Source of the DNA: a virus
Direction: 5' to 3' (one strand)
DNA: 64,000 bases
IMG/VR virus record: IMGVR_UViG_3300045988_184227
Made by a program: the position numbers and the translations under genes. The notes under the pieces are model-generated. The model saw nothing but the letters and a program-made list of their open reading frames with translations, made no database searches and was not told where the DNA came from. Shown piece by piece: positions 8,202-17,731 of this stretch (positions are counted from its first letter, which is position 1; each line of letters opens with the position of its first letter).

Positions 8202-11200
8202 TTAATTTTTATCGAAAAGATGTGCTACTGGATCTTTTTCAGATAGAGTTTTGTACTCATCTTCGCTAATTTGAGTCATTAAGAATACTGGTGATACTGG
8301 GCGTGTATTACCATCACGATCCTTATAGTATTTCAATCCAGTTCCATAACCAGCCTGGATGTAGATGTAGCTTCCATCAGGGACAGACTCTTCAAGCAAT
8401 AAATCCGTCAATCTATTTTCGATTTCCGACACAATATTACGTTCAACTGGACGACCACCAAGATCTAAGTTTTGATTTGATAAATACCAAGGGCTTGATA
8501 ACAACCAAGCTACGTCCAATTCTGGTGGTTCAGCTTCACGGAAAACTTCGTGTGTTTTTTCAGAAAAAACTAACTTGATATTTCGTGATTCTTCTAATCG
8601 TTTTGCTAAAGATCTAAGTTTCAAGTTGGCAATCATTTCCAATTGATGACGTTGAAGTTTATAGAATGTGATAATGCCGCTCAAACGGTTTACAAATTCT
8701 GGACGGAATCCCTTACCACCACGTTCGGGGTCGTGGTTTTTTAATTGTGAAACGATTTGTTCCATTATATTTTTAGGTAATTCACCACTTTCTGGATCAC
8801 CGTTACGCAAAATCATTTGCGAAGCAATATTTGAGGTTAGGATGATAATTGTATTTCTGAAGTTTACAACTTCCCCCCGTGCGTCTGCAACCTCACCTTC
8901 ATCTAATACAGAAAGAAGTGTATCCCAAATACCGGGAAATCCCTTTTCACACTCGTCGAATAGTAATACTGAATAAGGATGTTTTTTTACAAACTCAGTC
9001 ATTTCTCCACCAGCGTCAAGATCGTTACTCTCACCTGGAGGTGAACCGATAAGACGTGCAACTGATGATGGAGCTTGTAATTCCCCACAGTCAAAACGTT
9101 TCATCGCACCCTCATCACCGAACATAACTTCAGCAATAGCTTTAACCAACTCTGTATTGTGTGTAACCACATAATTTGTTCCGGCTAGGAATAGGTGTTC
9201 TTCGTTGTCTACAAGAATACAGATAGCTTCCTCTGAATTTAATTCAGGAATAATGCTTGTAATCTCTAGGAATTTAATACTATCCTTATAAGGTGAAATT
9301 CTTGGAATTTTTACAAAAACCTCATCTTTTTTAACCTTTTTGCCAAAAAGATCAAAGACCTGTTCTCTTGACTCGTAAAAGACTTCTAGTGTGAACTTGT
9401 CCAATTGTTTTGTTGAAATTCCCATCGAAAACAACATTTCACGAACATCAGAAACAAGCTGTTCTTTTTCATTTGCTATAAACAATAGCTTCTCTGGATT
9501 GTTTTCATCGAAGGTTCCGTAATGATCAAATGCACCTCGAATAATATCTCTTCGTTGACTAAGATTTGTAGTTTTCAACGCTTTTGTGATATGCTCAGTT
9601 CTACTTCCAATAGCAAAGTATAGAGATTCCACATCTTTCATAGTACCATCATCAAACTCAACCGCACCATTGTTTGGTATAAAGAATTTTGCGTTTGGAT
9701 CTTTATCCTGTTCTTCAAGAATTTCAGCTACGGTTAGATTTTCGATATCGGAATAATCCGAAGAATTTGATCTGACCACACCGAAAATATGTTCTTTATC
9801 GGCAGGAAGCGATCTTCCGTCTGAAATATTTACAGAAAAGAAATTCCGTTGTCCTTGCGGGAATACACCCTCGATAGTTGTAGGTTTACCAGTTCTATCG
9901 AATACACGATCACCAACTTTTAATTTATAAAGTGGAACAAACCCCCTATCTGGTGTTGGAATCAACTCAGAAGCTCTGAGAGCCTTACCCACCCCTGAAG
10001 GCCCAAGGAAAATAAAAGAACCGATAGGTTGTTTTGGATTTGAAATTCCCAAACGGGAACGTTTGATTGCATAAGTAACAGCTTCAATTGCGTGTTTTTG
10101 ACCAATTACACGTTTTGATAGTTTTGAACTCATTGATCGCAACCGCTCAATCTCACTTTTTCCGATTTCTGAAACCGGGATACCGGTTGTTGCTTCAATT
10201 GTTTTTTGAATTTGACCGGAATCAACCACATCCTTAATCATCAAGTTTGGTTGATTGTAGTATGTATCCTTGAATTTCTCTAAATCAACTTCAAATTGGG
10301 CAATACTTTTTGCTAATTTTGATATCCTTGACTGATCAGCGTGCTCTCCTTTACTTTCTTCAGTAGCTAACTGGTTCTCTAATTGTAACAGTTGTGAGCG
10401 TTTTTTTCTTAGGAACTCTAAAGCCTCTTTTTGAACTTCCCAAATTTTCACTTGTTTTTCAAAAAATGGTTTTTTAAAGTTCAGTTCACTCTCTAGTTCA
10501 GAACGGATTTCAGGATCCGTTTCTAACTCATAATCTTTTTCCAATACAAAAATTTCACCCTGCAACAACACCAAATCTTTTGGCATAGCGTCAATTTCCA
10601 AACGTGTCATAGCACAAGCCTTGTCTAGAATATCAATAGACTTATCCGGATTTCGTCTGCTAGGTAAGTATCGAATACCTAAATCAACTGCTGCTTCAAT
10701 TGCTTTATTATCTACAGTAACACCGTGGAAAACTTCCAGGCTACGTTTACGTGATTTTAAAATACGAATTGTAGAATCACGCTTCAATTCATTAACAGTT
10801 ACACGTTGAAAACGGCGAACAAGTGCCTTGTCACGTTCAATATACGTGTGATACTCTATATCTGTCGTAGACCCAATCATTCTAAGTTTACCACGTGCAA
10901 GAGCCGGTTTCAATAAGTCACCAACATCAAGTTCGCTCTTTTTATTCAAAATAACGTGAGTTTCATCTACGAACAGAATAATTTTACCATCATTCTCAAC
11001 TTCTTCGATAATTTTTTTCACTCGATAACGATAACCACCGTCACTTTCGTCCTTACTTGATAAACTAGGAATGTCCAATTCCCACAACGAAAATCCTTTT
11101 AATGATGGAGGTACAATATTTAAGGCAAGAGCCTGTGCGAGCCCTTCTACAATTGCGGTTTTACCGGTTCCGGCTTCACCAACAAGAATACAGTTATTCT

Positions 11201-11396
11201 TGAATTTTTGTACAATAATAGACAACAGATCACGTGTTTCACTGTCACGTTCGAGAATGGGTGAGAAATCATCACTTGCTCTATATCGTGCCGTGATATC
11301 AAAGGCAAATTTGCTAAGAAATTCCTTACCTTTATCTGAATCAACTGCTGTATTATTTTTAGTTATATTTTTCATCTCTTTATTTAATTCAGGCAA
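8202..11396 (-). CDS. clpB: ClpB-like two-domain AAA+ chaperone carrying an intein in NBD2
   Basis: Walker A GEAGTGKTAIVEGLAQ in NBD1. RGKLRMIGSTT and ALVRRFQ motifs. NBD2 reads GPSGVGK-[276 aa]-TELVKAIAE. SVARLIGSPPG, YSVLLFDECEK and GFRPEFVNRL motifs present. Confidence 0.85.
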   Translation of the reverse strand: MPELNKEMKNITKNNTAVDSDKGKEFLSKFAFDITARYRASDDFSPILERDSETRDLLSIIVQKFKNNCILVGEAGTGKTAIVEGLAQALALNIVPPSLKGFSLWELDIPSLSSKDESDGGYRYRVKKIIEEVENDGKIILFVDETHVILNKKSELDVGDLLKPALARGKLRMIGSTTDIEYHTYIERDKALVRRFQRVTVNELKRDSTIRILKSRKRSLEVFHGVTVDNKAIEAAVDLGIRYLPSRRNPDKSIDILDKACAMTRLEIDAMPKDLVLLQGEIFVLEKDYELETDPEIRSELESELNFKKPFFEKQVKIWEVQKEALEFLRKKRSQLLQLENQLATEESKGEHADQSRISKLAKSIAQFEVDLEKFKDTYYNQPNLMIKDVVDSGQIQKTIEATTGIPVSEIGKSEIERLRSMSSKLSKRVIGQKHAIEAVTYAIKRSRLGISNPKQPIGSFIFLGPSGVGKALRASELIPTPDRGFVPLYKLKVGDRVFDRTGKPTTIEGVFPQGQRNFFSVNISDGRSLPADKEHIFGVVRSNSSDYSDIENLTVAEILEEQDKDPNAKFFIPNNGAVEFDDGTMKDVESLYFAIGSRTEHITKALKTTNLSQRRDIIRGAFDHYGTFDENNPEKLLFIANEKEQLVSDVREMLFSMGISTKQLDKFTLEVFYESREQVFDLFGKKVKKDEVFVKIPRISPYKDSIKFLEITSIIPELNSEEAICILVDNEEHLFLAGTNYVVTHNTELVKAIAEVMFGDEGAMKRFDCGELQAPSSVARLIGSPPGESNDLDAGGEMTEFVKKHPYSVLLFDECEKGFPGIWDTLLSVLDEGEVADARGEVVNFRNTIIILTSNIASQMILRNGDPESGELPKNIMEQIVSQLKNHDPERGGKGFRPEFVNRLSGIITFYKLQRHQLEMIANLKLRSLAKRLEESRNIKLVFSEKTHEVFREAEPPELDVAWLLSSPWYLSNQNLDLGGRPVERNIVSEIENRLTDLLLEESVPDGSYIYIQAGYGTGLKYYKDRDGNTRPVSPVFLMTQISEDEYKTLSEKDPVAHLFDKN
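9156..9983 (-). other. Intein of 276 aa (Ala1, C-terminal THN, +1 Thr) splitting the ClpB NBD2 P-loop
   Basis: N-terminal ALRASELIPTPDRGFVPLYKL aligns to Hint block A. C-terminal ICILVDNEEHLFLAGTNYVVTHN followed by T. Excision restores GVGKTELVKAIAE. Confidence 0.7.
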
Positions 11397-11417
11397 AATA
11401 TTCTCCTTTTTATTTTT

Positions 11418-12083
11418 TTAATAAAACTCACCACGTCTAGCGTATTCAATGATGTTATCCACATCTGCGGTATTACCACCAAAAAATAGGTCGTTAGTAT
11501 CAAAAATAATGTGATGATTATAAAAGGTACCGTTTGCTGGCAACATTTCTGGTGCGAGATCAACCGGGTGTAATAACACACCTTCGTTACCCATAACTTC
11601 CGGTCTGAACAAATAAAAATCATTTGTCGTTCTAAAAAGCTGCATTAATTCAATCATACCAGCTAAATATAGGATATAAGACTCACGATCCGGCTTAAAC
11701 AACAAGAATTTCCAATCATCTTGTTCTTTACCCAAGTCGTATAAAACACCAAACCATCTTTCTCCGTTAGAATCAAAGCCAAATTGGTATGGCAATGCAA
11801 GTTCAACCCCGGTTTTATTTTGGCTATGCAATCTAGGTAGGGTTCTCTTTACATAAACACGAGATCTCTGTATATCTGAAAATGTTTTTCCTTGAAATAT
11901 TGCAGAAAAGAAATCATCCCAACTATTCACAATGCGATTCTTTTGCTCTTGAGGAACATTATACCCCGTTCTTCTTACACCACTAACATTATTACGTCTA
12001 CGGAACATATCCTCTGATAAATTTTCCAAAATTAAGACCTCCATTTTGTTTGTATCTCTGTCTATTTTAGAGCAAAAATTCAT
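11418..12083 (-). CDS. Hypothetical protein
   Basis: ORF with SD-like sequence upstream. A 21-bp direct repeat lies in its upstream region. Confidence 0.55.
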   Translation of the reverse strand: MNFCSKIDRDTNKMEVLILENLSEDMFRRRNNVSGVRRTGYNVPQEQKNRIVNSWDDFFSAIFQGKTFSDIQRSRVYVKRTLPRLHSQNKTGVELALPYQFGFDSNGERWFGVLYDLGKEQDDWKFLLFKPDRESYILYLAGMIELMQLFRTTNDFYLFRPEVMGNEGVLLHPVDLAPEMLPANGTFYNHHIIFDTNDLFFGGNTADVDNIIEYARRGEFY

Positions 12084-12109
12084 TTCTAATTTTAGAGAAT
12101 AAGGGCAGA

Positions 12110-12158
12110 ATGTCTATTAGAACGGAAAATTTTAAAAATGTCTGTTACAACGGAAAAT
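12110..12158. repeat. Two 21-bp direct repeats ATGTCT(A/G)TTA(G/C)AACGGAAAAT spaced 28 bp apart
   Basis: Copies at 12110-12130 and 12138-12158 with 18 of 21 positions identical. They lie between the SSB terminator and the start of gene 11418-12083. Confidence 0.6.
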
Positions 12159-12195
12159 AAAAAAAGAACCACGAAGGGTTCTTTTATCTATTTAA

Positions 12196-12696
12196 TTAGA
12201 ATGGAAGGTCATCGTCGGAAATATCCATTGGTTTTCCTTCACTCTTCTTTGCGTCTGATTTGCGTAAAGGAGCTTCAGCACCACCACCGTTGTTCTTAGG
12301 TTCACCGATGTATTCACGTGCACCACGAAGTTCAAGGTAAAGTTTTCCTTCGTACTCACGAGAGTAAAGCACAACAGGAATATCGATATTAGCACCTTTT
12401 GCTGCTTTTGCAAGAACTGACTCTGCTTCTTCTTTTGTGTTGAAGAAAAGAGAAAGGTTTGCAGGTACTGTTCCGTATTCTTCGTTTTCAATAAAGTCAG
12501 TTCCAAGAGCGTCATTGATTGCGTCAACTGAGTTGGCAATATTTACGAAGTTGCGTACAACCCAAGAGTTTTTAGCTTGAGCCATTGTAGTTTCTCCCGC
12601 CAAAAATCCACGGAAGTGTGCACGAACTTCACGTCCACGTTTTGATTCATAAGGTGTCCCAAAGTCTTGAAGTGATACAAATTCTGTTTTAGCCAA
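12196..12696 (-). CDS. ssb: SSB-like protein with acidic C-terminal tail DDDLPF (TTG start)
   Basis: C-terminal DISDDDLPF matches the SSB protein-interaction tail. The Gly-rich linker precedes it. Terminator hairpin at 12150-12182. Confidence 0.5.
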   Translation of the reverse strand: MAKTEFVSLQDFGTPYESKRGREVRAHFRGFLAGETTMAQAKNSWVVRNFVNIANSVDAINDALGTDFIENEEYGTVPANLSLFFNTKEEAESVLAKAAKGANIDIPVVLYSREYEGKLYLELRGAREYIGEPKNNGGGAEAPLRKSDAKKSEGKPMDISDDDLPF

Positions 12697-12823
12697 ATTA
12701 ATAATCCTCGTTTCTTAATTATTTTTTAATATTTTGTAGTCCTTTACTTGTCTACTCTCTAATTATAACTCTTTTTAGTTTTTAAGTCAAGAGTTTTTAA
12801 ATAAAAAACTTTATTTTTTTCTA

Positions 12824-12979
12824 TTATTTTTCGCCACGTTCTTTACGACATTTAGAGCAGTGGCAGGCGTAACCGCCCCAAATATCAATAGCTGCTTCGA
12901 AGCCATTCATCTTATCCGGTCTCTTGATCTTATCCTTTTGACATTCTGATTCTGGGAAGCCAATAAGTCCTTCCATCAT
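12824..12979 (-). CDS. 51-aa zinc-ribbon-like protein (C-x21-CHCSKC)
   Basis: Not in the ORF track. Hand translation is MMEGLIGFPESECQKDK...GGYACHCSKCRKERGEK. It has its own TTGACA-17-TAATAT promoter at 13013-13041. Confidence 0.45.
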   Translation of the reverse strand: MMEGLIGFPESECQKDKIKRPDKMNGFEAAIDIWGGYACHCSKCRKERGEK

Positions 12980-13096
12980 ATTGCTTACGTTCCTTTCTAT
13001 CTTTATAAGAATATATTACCAAAATTTTATACCCGTGTCAAGCAAAAACAAAAATAAAAAAACGCATTAAAGCGTTTTTATTTAATAACCCAAAGA

Positions 13097-13417
13097 TTAT
13101 TTACTATCACTTTTATTTGTGACATCTTCTTCAGCAAAAACGTCAGCTTCTTTAACTTTTTCAGGATCAATCTTGTCCTCTTCTTTTACAATTTCAGCGT
13201 CTTTATTGTTATCCGTATTAGGAATATCTTGATTCATAACAGCTATAACAATTGCCAAGAAAATGTATAGAAGTAGAGAACCACTCGCACTATAAAAGAA
13301 TGAACATATAAATCCTAGTCTGACGATATCGACATTCCAATCAAAAGTTTCTGCTATTGAAGAGCAAACTCCAAGAAGTTTAGAATCTTTTTGGTTTGGT
13401 TTTTTAAAATGAATCAT
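13097..13417 (-). CDS. PspC-domain membrane protein
   Basis: KLLGVCSSIAETFDWNVDIVRLGFI followed by a TM helix matches the PspC domain. Acidic tail. Confidence 0.6.
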   Translation of the reverse strand: MIHFKKPNQKDSKLLGVCSSIAETFDWNVDIVRLGFICSFFYSASGSLLLYIFLAIVIAVMNQDIPNTDNNKDAEIVKEEDKIDPEKVKEADVFAEEDVTNKSDSK

Positions 13418-13433
13418 CTAAATTTGTCTCCAA

Positions 13434-13796
13434 TTAATATAAAATATATTGAATAGATTTGAATAAAATCACCCCTATCGTTATTGTTAAAAGTATAGTT
13501 TCCAGATATTTACTAATTGAAATTTTTTCGATTTTGACATCCTCTATAAATACCAAAATAAAATATAGAAATATCACCAAGAAAATCAGAATCTCAATAT
13601 ACAATATTGTTTTACTTTCATACTTAGATAAAAGCAAAAAGAATATTGACAAACCAATAAAAACCCCGGTTATGACTCTATTCAAATTAACTAGAAGGGA
13701 AAATTCCCTGTCTCCGGTAACAAAAAGAACTCTCAACAAGGAATAGAGGCACGAAACTGTGCCTCCTAATAAACCCCAAAATGCAAAATTTAACAT
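13434..13796 (-). CDS. Small multi-pass membrane protein
   Basis: Three to four hydrophobic helices. Confidence 0.5.
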   Translation of the reverse strand: MLNFAFWGLLGGTVSCLYSLLRVLFVTGDREFSLLVNLNRVITGVFIGLSIFFLLLSKYESKTILYIEILIFLVIFLYFILVFIEDVKIEKISISKYLETILLTITIGVILFKSIQYILY

Positions 13797-13815
13797 CAGG
13801 ACTCACCCCTCGTCT

Positions 13816-14061
13816 TTATTCTTTATCTGAAAATAGCTCCGGATGATCCTCGTGGTATTGTAAAAGTCCTAACGCTGTAGTAAAAGATAAATTTTCTAAT
13901 TTAGATCTACGCTCAGATACGTTCTGGACGCTCATCACATTAACGCCGGTTTCAATACCAACTCGATAGGCTGTAATTTTGCCTTTTTGTATAGCTAAAA
14001 TTACTTCCTTTGCTTTTTTAAACAAATGTTCTTGATTTAAAATCTTACCGTCTTTCTTCAC
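13816..14061 (-). CDS. Hypothetical protein
   Basis: ORF in an operon-like minus-strand block. Confidence 0.5.
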   Translation of the reverse strand: MKKDGKILNQEHLFKKAKEVILAIQKGKITAYRVGIETGVNVMSVQNVSERRSKLENLSFTTALGLLQYHEDHPELFSDKE

Positions 14062-14078
14062 ATTAACTCCTAACGTTA

Positions 14079-15215
14079 TTAATTAACATATTCTCTGAAT
14101 GTATTCCAGTTTATATCCTTTTCTGTTGCACTTCCAGTGTCGATACCTGCCTTACGCATTTCACGAACTGGTCTAACACGCTGATCTTCTGCAAAAATTT
14201 CAGTGTAGTACAACCCGTAAATTGACAATCGACCATTTTGGTCTTCTGTTACAACTCCCAATACATCACGATCGTTACTCAAATCCTTCAAATAAACTTC
14301 GTAAACTGAATTTATATTTTTGATTGAGTTCCAAGCGTCTAAAGTTGCATTTTTATAAGTTGTTTCGATATTGATTTTTTTTGAATTTTGAACAACATCA
14401 TCGTAATTCTTGAATTGTTTGGATCCTATAAATTGAGCTTGACCAACTATTGCAGTCGAAATATCATCCTCAACTAGAGCTTCCAAACCGGATGTCGAAA
14501 GATTACTTGCGATAGCGATACCGGAATATGGTGTTGCAACACGCCCTTTAAACTTACTTGCAAAACGTCTTTCTAACTCCAATCGTCCAGAAGTGGAAGT
14601 ATCTTCAGTATCTTTTAGATAGTTGTAAAACAATGTTGCGTCACGACCGATACCGACTGCAATTATATTATCATCAGTTGTAAATTTATAGTTCGACGCA
14701 TTTCTCGCATAAAGAGCGGCCGCTGAGTTTACATCACCTACATCTTTCGTTGTTAATAATGTTATCATATTTTTGATGAAATTGGAAGACCCAATGAACT
14801 CATCTTTATTTTTTTGTTCAAAGGCCTCGATTCCTGTTGCAATTGGAGACTCAAATAGATACTTAAATCCACGGTCATTAGATTTGCTTCCGTCTGCCTG
14901 AACCGCCAGAACATCCTTCGCTCTTACATCACGACCACGTTTATCTTTTGCATTATCCTGGCTGGTTACAACAGTATCACCGTTACCAATTGGCTTTGTA
15001 TTTTCATAGTGGTTATAAAAGAAAATACCACCTAAAATAACACTCGCTATACCAACTCCGTAAACAATCTTCCCCTTTGTGGTTTTAAGAAATTTAACAC
15101 TTTTTTCCTTTAACTGTTTAAGGGTTGATGTTTCTTCTGTGTTATTCTTAACGTCATCATTCTGATTAACAAAGTTAACAACGTTTTTATCTTTTATATC
15201 TTCGTTTTTTTTCAT
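14079..15215 (-). CDS. Membrane-anchored hypothetical protein
   Basis: Single N-terminal TM helix (IVYGVGIASVILGGIFFY). ATGA overlap with the upstream gene. Confidence 0.55.
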   Translation of the reverse strand: MKKNEDIKDKNVVNFVNQNDDVKNNTEETSTLKQLKEKSVKFLKTTKGKIVYGVGIASVILGGIFFYNHYENTKPIGNGDTVVTSQDNAKDKRGRDVRAKDVLAVQADGSKSNDRGFKYLFESPIATGIEAFEQKNKDEFIGSSNFIKNMITLLTTKDVGDVNSAAALYARNASNYKFTTDDNIIAVGIGRDATLFYNYLKDTEDTSTSGRLELERRFASKFKGRVATPYSGIAIASNLSTSGLEALVEDDISTAIVGQAQFIGSKQFKNYDDVVQNSKKINIETTYKNATLDAWNSIKNINSVYEVYLKDLSNDRDVLGVVTEDQNGRLSIYGLYYTEIFAEDQRVRPVREMRKAGIDTGSATEKDINWNTFREYVN

Positions 15216-15634
15216 TTACCCCCATCCTTATCCGGGAGAGTGTATTCCCCCAAACCCAACTGTCCTTTGAGAGCTTCATAAACATCCTTAAAAGTATAGT
15301 CCGATTGCATAATTTGTTGAGCAATACTCCAAACCTGATCATCTGATAATTCAATCACATTCTCAGGTGGTCTAGGTGAATATTTTCGCCCACCAAACAT
15401 TTTTTTCTTTGTTCTAAATACATACCAGAGCTTATTATTTCTAACATTAGTAGGGACCGATACGCAATGGAAATCGGAATTAACCAAATACCAAAGATTT
15501 GTGTATTTATCGTAAAGGAATGTAATATTACCGATTTCTTTTATAAAACCACGACTAATTAATAACTTGAAATTATCTGGATGTAAAACTAATATATTAA
15601 ATCGGTCATTTCCCCTTTCTTTTAATTCTTGCAA
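15212..15634 (-). CDS. Hypothetical protein
   Basis: ORF translationally coupled to 14079-15215. Confidence 0.5.
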   Translation of the reverse strand: MQELKERGNDRFNILVLHPDNFKLLISRGFIKEIGNITFLYDKYTNLWYLVNSDFHCVSVPTNVRNNKLWYVFRTKKKMFGGRKYSPRPPENVIELSDDQVWSIAQQIMQSDYTFKDVYEALKGQLGLGEYTLPDKDGGK

Positions 15635-15733
15635 TTTATCTCTCCTTTTAGACTTTTTCTCTTATTTTAGTATATTATAGACTTGTAAAAAGTCAAGAAA
15701 AAGCACTCATCATTTTGAGTGCCTTATTTCATC

Positions 15734-16708
15734 TTATAAAAGAATTTTATTTTCAGCAATTCCAACTTGAACGTTTTTAATACCCAAATTAGGATCTTCG
15801 TTAGTTCGAATTACAAACAATCGACTTCCAGCAAAGCCTTTTGCAACTAGCTCATCGTATCCGATAATGATACACTGAGTTCCCGCATAGTCTGTTGTTC
15901 TACCAACAACTTCTGCTGTACGCTTGATGTGTGCAGTATCAGTTGACGTTTGCGCAATAACCATCAAGATTGGTAATGTTTGTTGGCCTAGTGGGTAGTA
16001 CTTAAGACCCGCTTTTGTTTCGTTGAATACACTATTAACTTTGCGTAGACGATCTGATAAATTAAGATCTTCGTATCCATTTTCAGAAATGAATCCAATA
16101 AAGTTAAGAGGTAAACTTCCCTCGTCTGGTTGAGCTAAAGAGAAACTAAAGTCTGTATCAACTTCAGTCTGACCGATACGAAATTCCGGATTTTCTTTGT
16201 ATTCACGAATACGAAGTTGTCTAAGATTACGAAACGCAATAACAACTTCACCTTGAACCAAGTTATTACGAACCACACGTGAAGATTTGAAGTAATCTGT
16301 GTATCTCCAGTTAGAAGTATCAACACCCTCGTAGTTCAATACGTAAATCCCAGCAAAATCAAGAACATAAATTTTCAGATCACTTTCTTTTGCAGAATAG
16401 TGTTCTTCCTGAAATTCTCCCAGTGTAAATACATTAAGATATTTCAATCTAACGAGTTCATCAATTGTTTTGTCAGAAACTTCCTTACCAATTCCACGAG
16501 AAATTTGATCGTGTGTTGCGAATCGAACCTGAAATACAAATTTAATCAACTCAACAACGTCACGACTGATTTTTCCGTCTTGCATTTTTCTTGCAATATC
16601 CACGTTTGCAACAGAACGGAATGAAAATCCTGGATTTTTAAATGTTTGAAATAGATTATCTTTGATTTTGAAATAATCAAGATTAATCTCAGATGTTTTA
16701 ATAGCCAA
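15734..16708 (-). CDS. Hypothetical protein
   Basis: Long ORF, no recognisable motif. Confidence 0.55.
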   Translation of the reverse strand: MAIKTSEINLDYFKIKDNLFQTFKNPGFSFRSVANVDIARKMQDGKISRDVVELIKFVFQVRFATHDQISRGIGKEVSDKTIDELVRLKYLNVFTLGEFQEEHYSAKESDLKIYVLDFAGIYVLNYEGVDTSNWRYTDYFKSSRVVRNNLVQGEVVIAFRNLRQLRIREYKENPEFRIGQTEVDTDFSFSLAQPDEGSLPLNFIGFISENGYEDLNLSDRLRKVNSVFNETKAGLKYYPLGQQTLPILMVIAQTSTDTAHIKRTAEVVGRTTDYAGTQCIIIGYDELVAKGFAGSRLFVIRTNEDPNLGIKNVQVGIAENKILL

Positions 16709-16709
16709 A

Positions 16710-17726
16710 TTATGCCTCCCCTTCTAACTCAATTTGTTCTTTTTCTAAAGCCTGAAGTCTATTCAATTCATATTCAACATCTGAGCGGAATTGAATAATA
16801 GCGTCATCGATGTAGTGAGAAAATACTGAAACGATATATCCAGTGATAATAACCTTATTCTTTTTCTCATTCTTAAATACTTTTTTAATCTTAACCCTAA
16901 CAATCTGATCTTCGAAAACTTGATCCTTGATGGCAGGATGTGGAAACTTCGATTTAACGATAATTTCATATTTACTTCTACCATCTTCACCAGAGTTTCT
17001 GCCGATTTTGATTTTAATTTCTTGTTCGTTACGTTCTGTAACTACACCAGTAAACTCATCGTCTTCTTTAATTTCAGATTCGTTAAATTCTTTTGTATAA
17101 ACAGGATCGTTCAGCTTATTAACAGCTACAACTTGAATAAGTTTTCCATTTTTGGCAACTTTCTTTAATCTAACTGGTAATTTATCACCAGTTTGAATTA
17201 AGAGATTTACATTAATAGTATTACCTTTACCAACAATGTCCTTATTGAATAATTCAAATCGAATACCTTTCCAAAAAAGAATTACAGAGTAGTCCGTAAA
17301 GCCAATCACTTCTGCAACAACTGTATCTTTTTCTTTTAACTCTTCGATAAGCTTTTCTCTGGATCGTTTTTCATACTCTTTTGTACTAAAAACTGCAATT
17401 TTTTCAGTTGTACCATCTTCGTATTCCACAGGAATGATTTCTTTTAAGTATCCTGACAAAACCTTTCCTAGAATACGATGATTCAATTTCTTCACAACAG
17501 AAAATTCTTTTGCTGGAACAATAGCTTGCCCACCATCTGTATCAATAACAGCTACAACTTCACCCTCTTCAACAATTCCAGGGATTGAAAAATTCATTGT
17601 TACGATATCTTGAAATAATAGTTTAAAATAATAATCTTCCTTTCTGTGTTCATTCTTTTCAATTAACCAAAAAGGAAGGGTTTTTGATAGTCCTTCTCTA
17701 TTTCCCTTAGCTGTCAAAAAGACCAC
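16710..17726 (-). CDS. Hypothetical protein
   Basis: Long ORF immediately upstream of 15734-16708. Confidence 0.55.
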   Translation of the reverse strand: MVFLTAKGNREGLSKTLPFWLIEKNEHRKEDYYFKLLFQDIVTMNFSIPGIVEEGEVVAVIDTDGGQAIVPAKEFSVVKKLNHRILGKVLSGYLKEIIPVEYEDGTTEKIAVFSTKEYEKRSREKLIEELKEKDTVVAEVIGFTDYSVILFWKGIRFELFNKDIVGKGNTINVNLLIQTGDKLPVRLKKVAKNGKLIQVVAVNKLNDPVYTKEFNESEIKEDDEFTGVVTERNEQEIKIKIGRNSGEDGRSKYEIIVKSKFPHPAIKDQVFEDQIVRVKIKKVFKNEKKNKVIITGYIVSVFSHYIDDAIIQFRSDVEYELNRLQALEKEQIELEGEA

Positions 17727-17731
17727 CTCCT

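Noticed and set aside
8291-11421. Multiple short plus-strand ORFs inside the clpB gene. They are 8291-8578, 8668-8976, 10621-10809 and 11071-11421. Similar antisense ORFs lie inside other long genes, for example 16135-16326, 18056-18599, 19856-20125 and 58403-58793.
   Set aside because: They are antisense or alternate-frame to long, motif-supported genes. They are repetitive and low-complexity, for example Lys/Leu runs opposite the coiled-coil codons.
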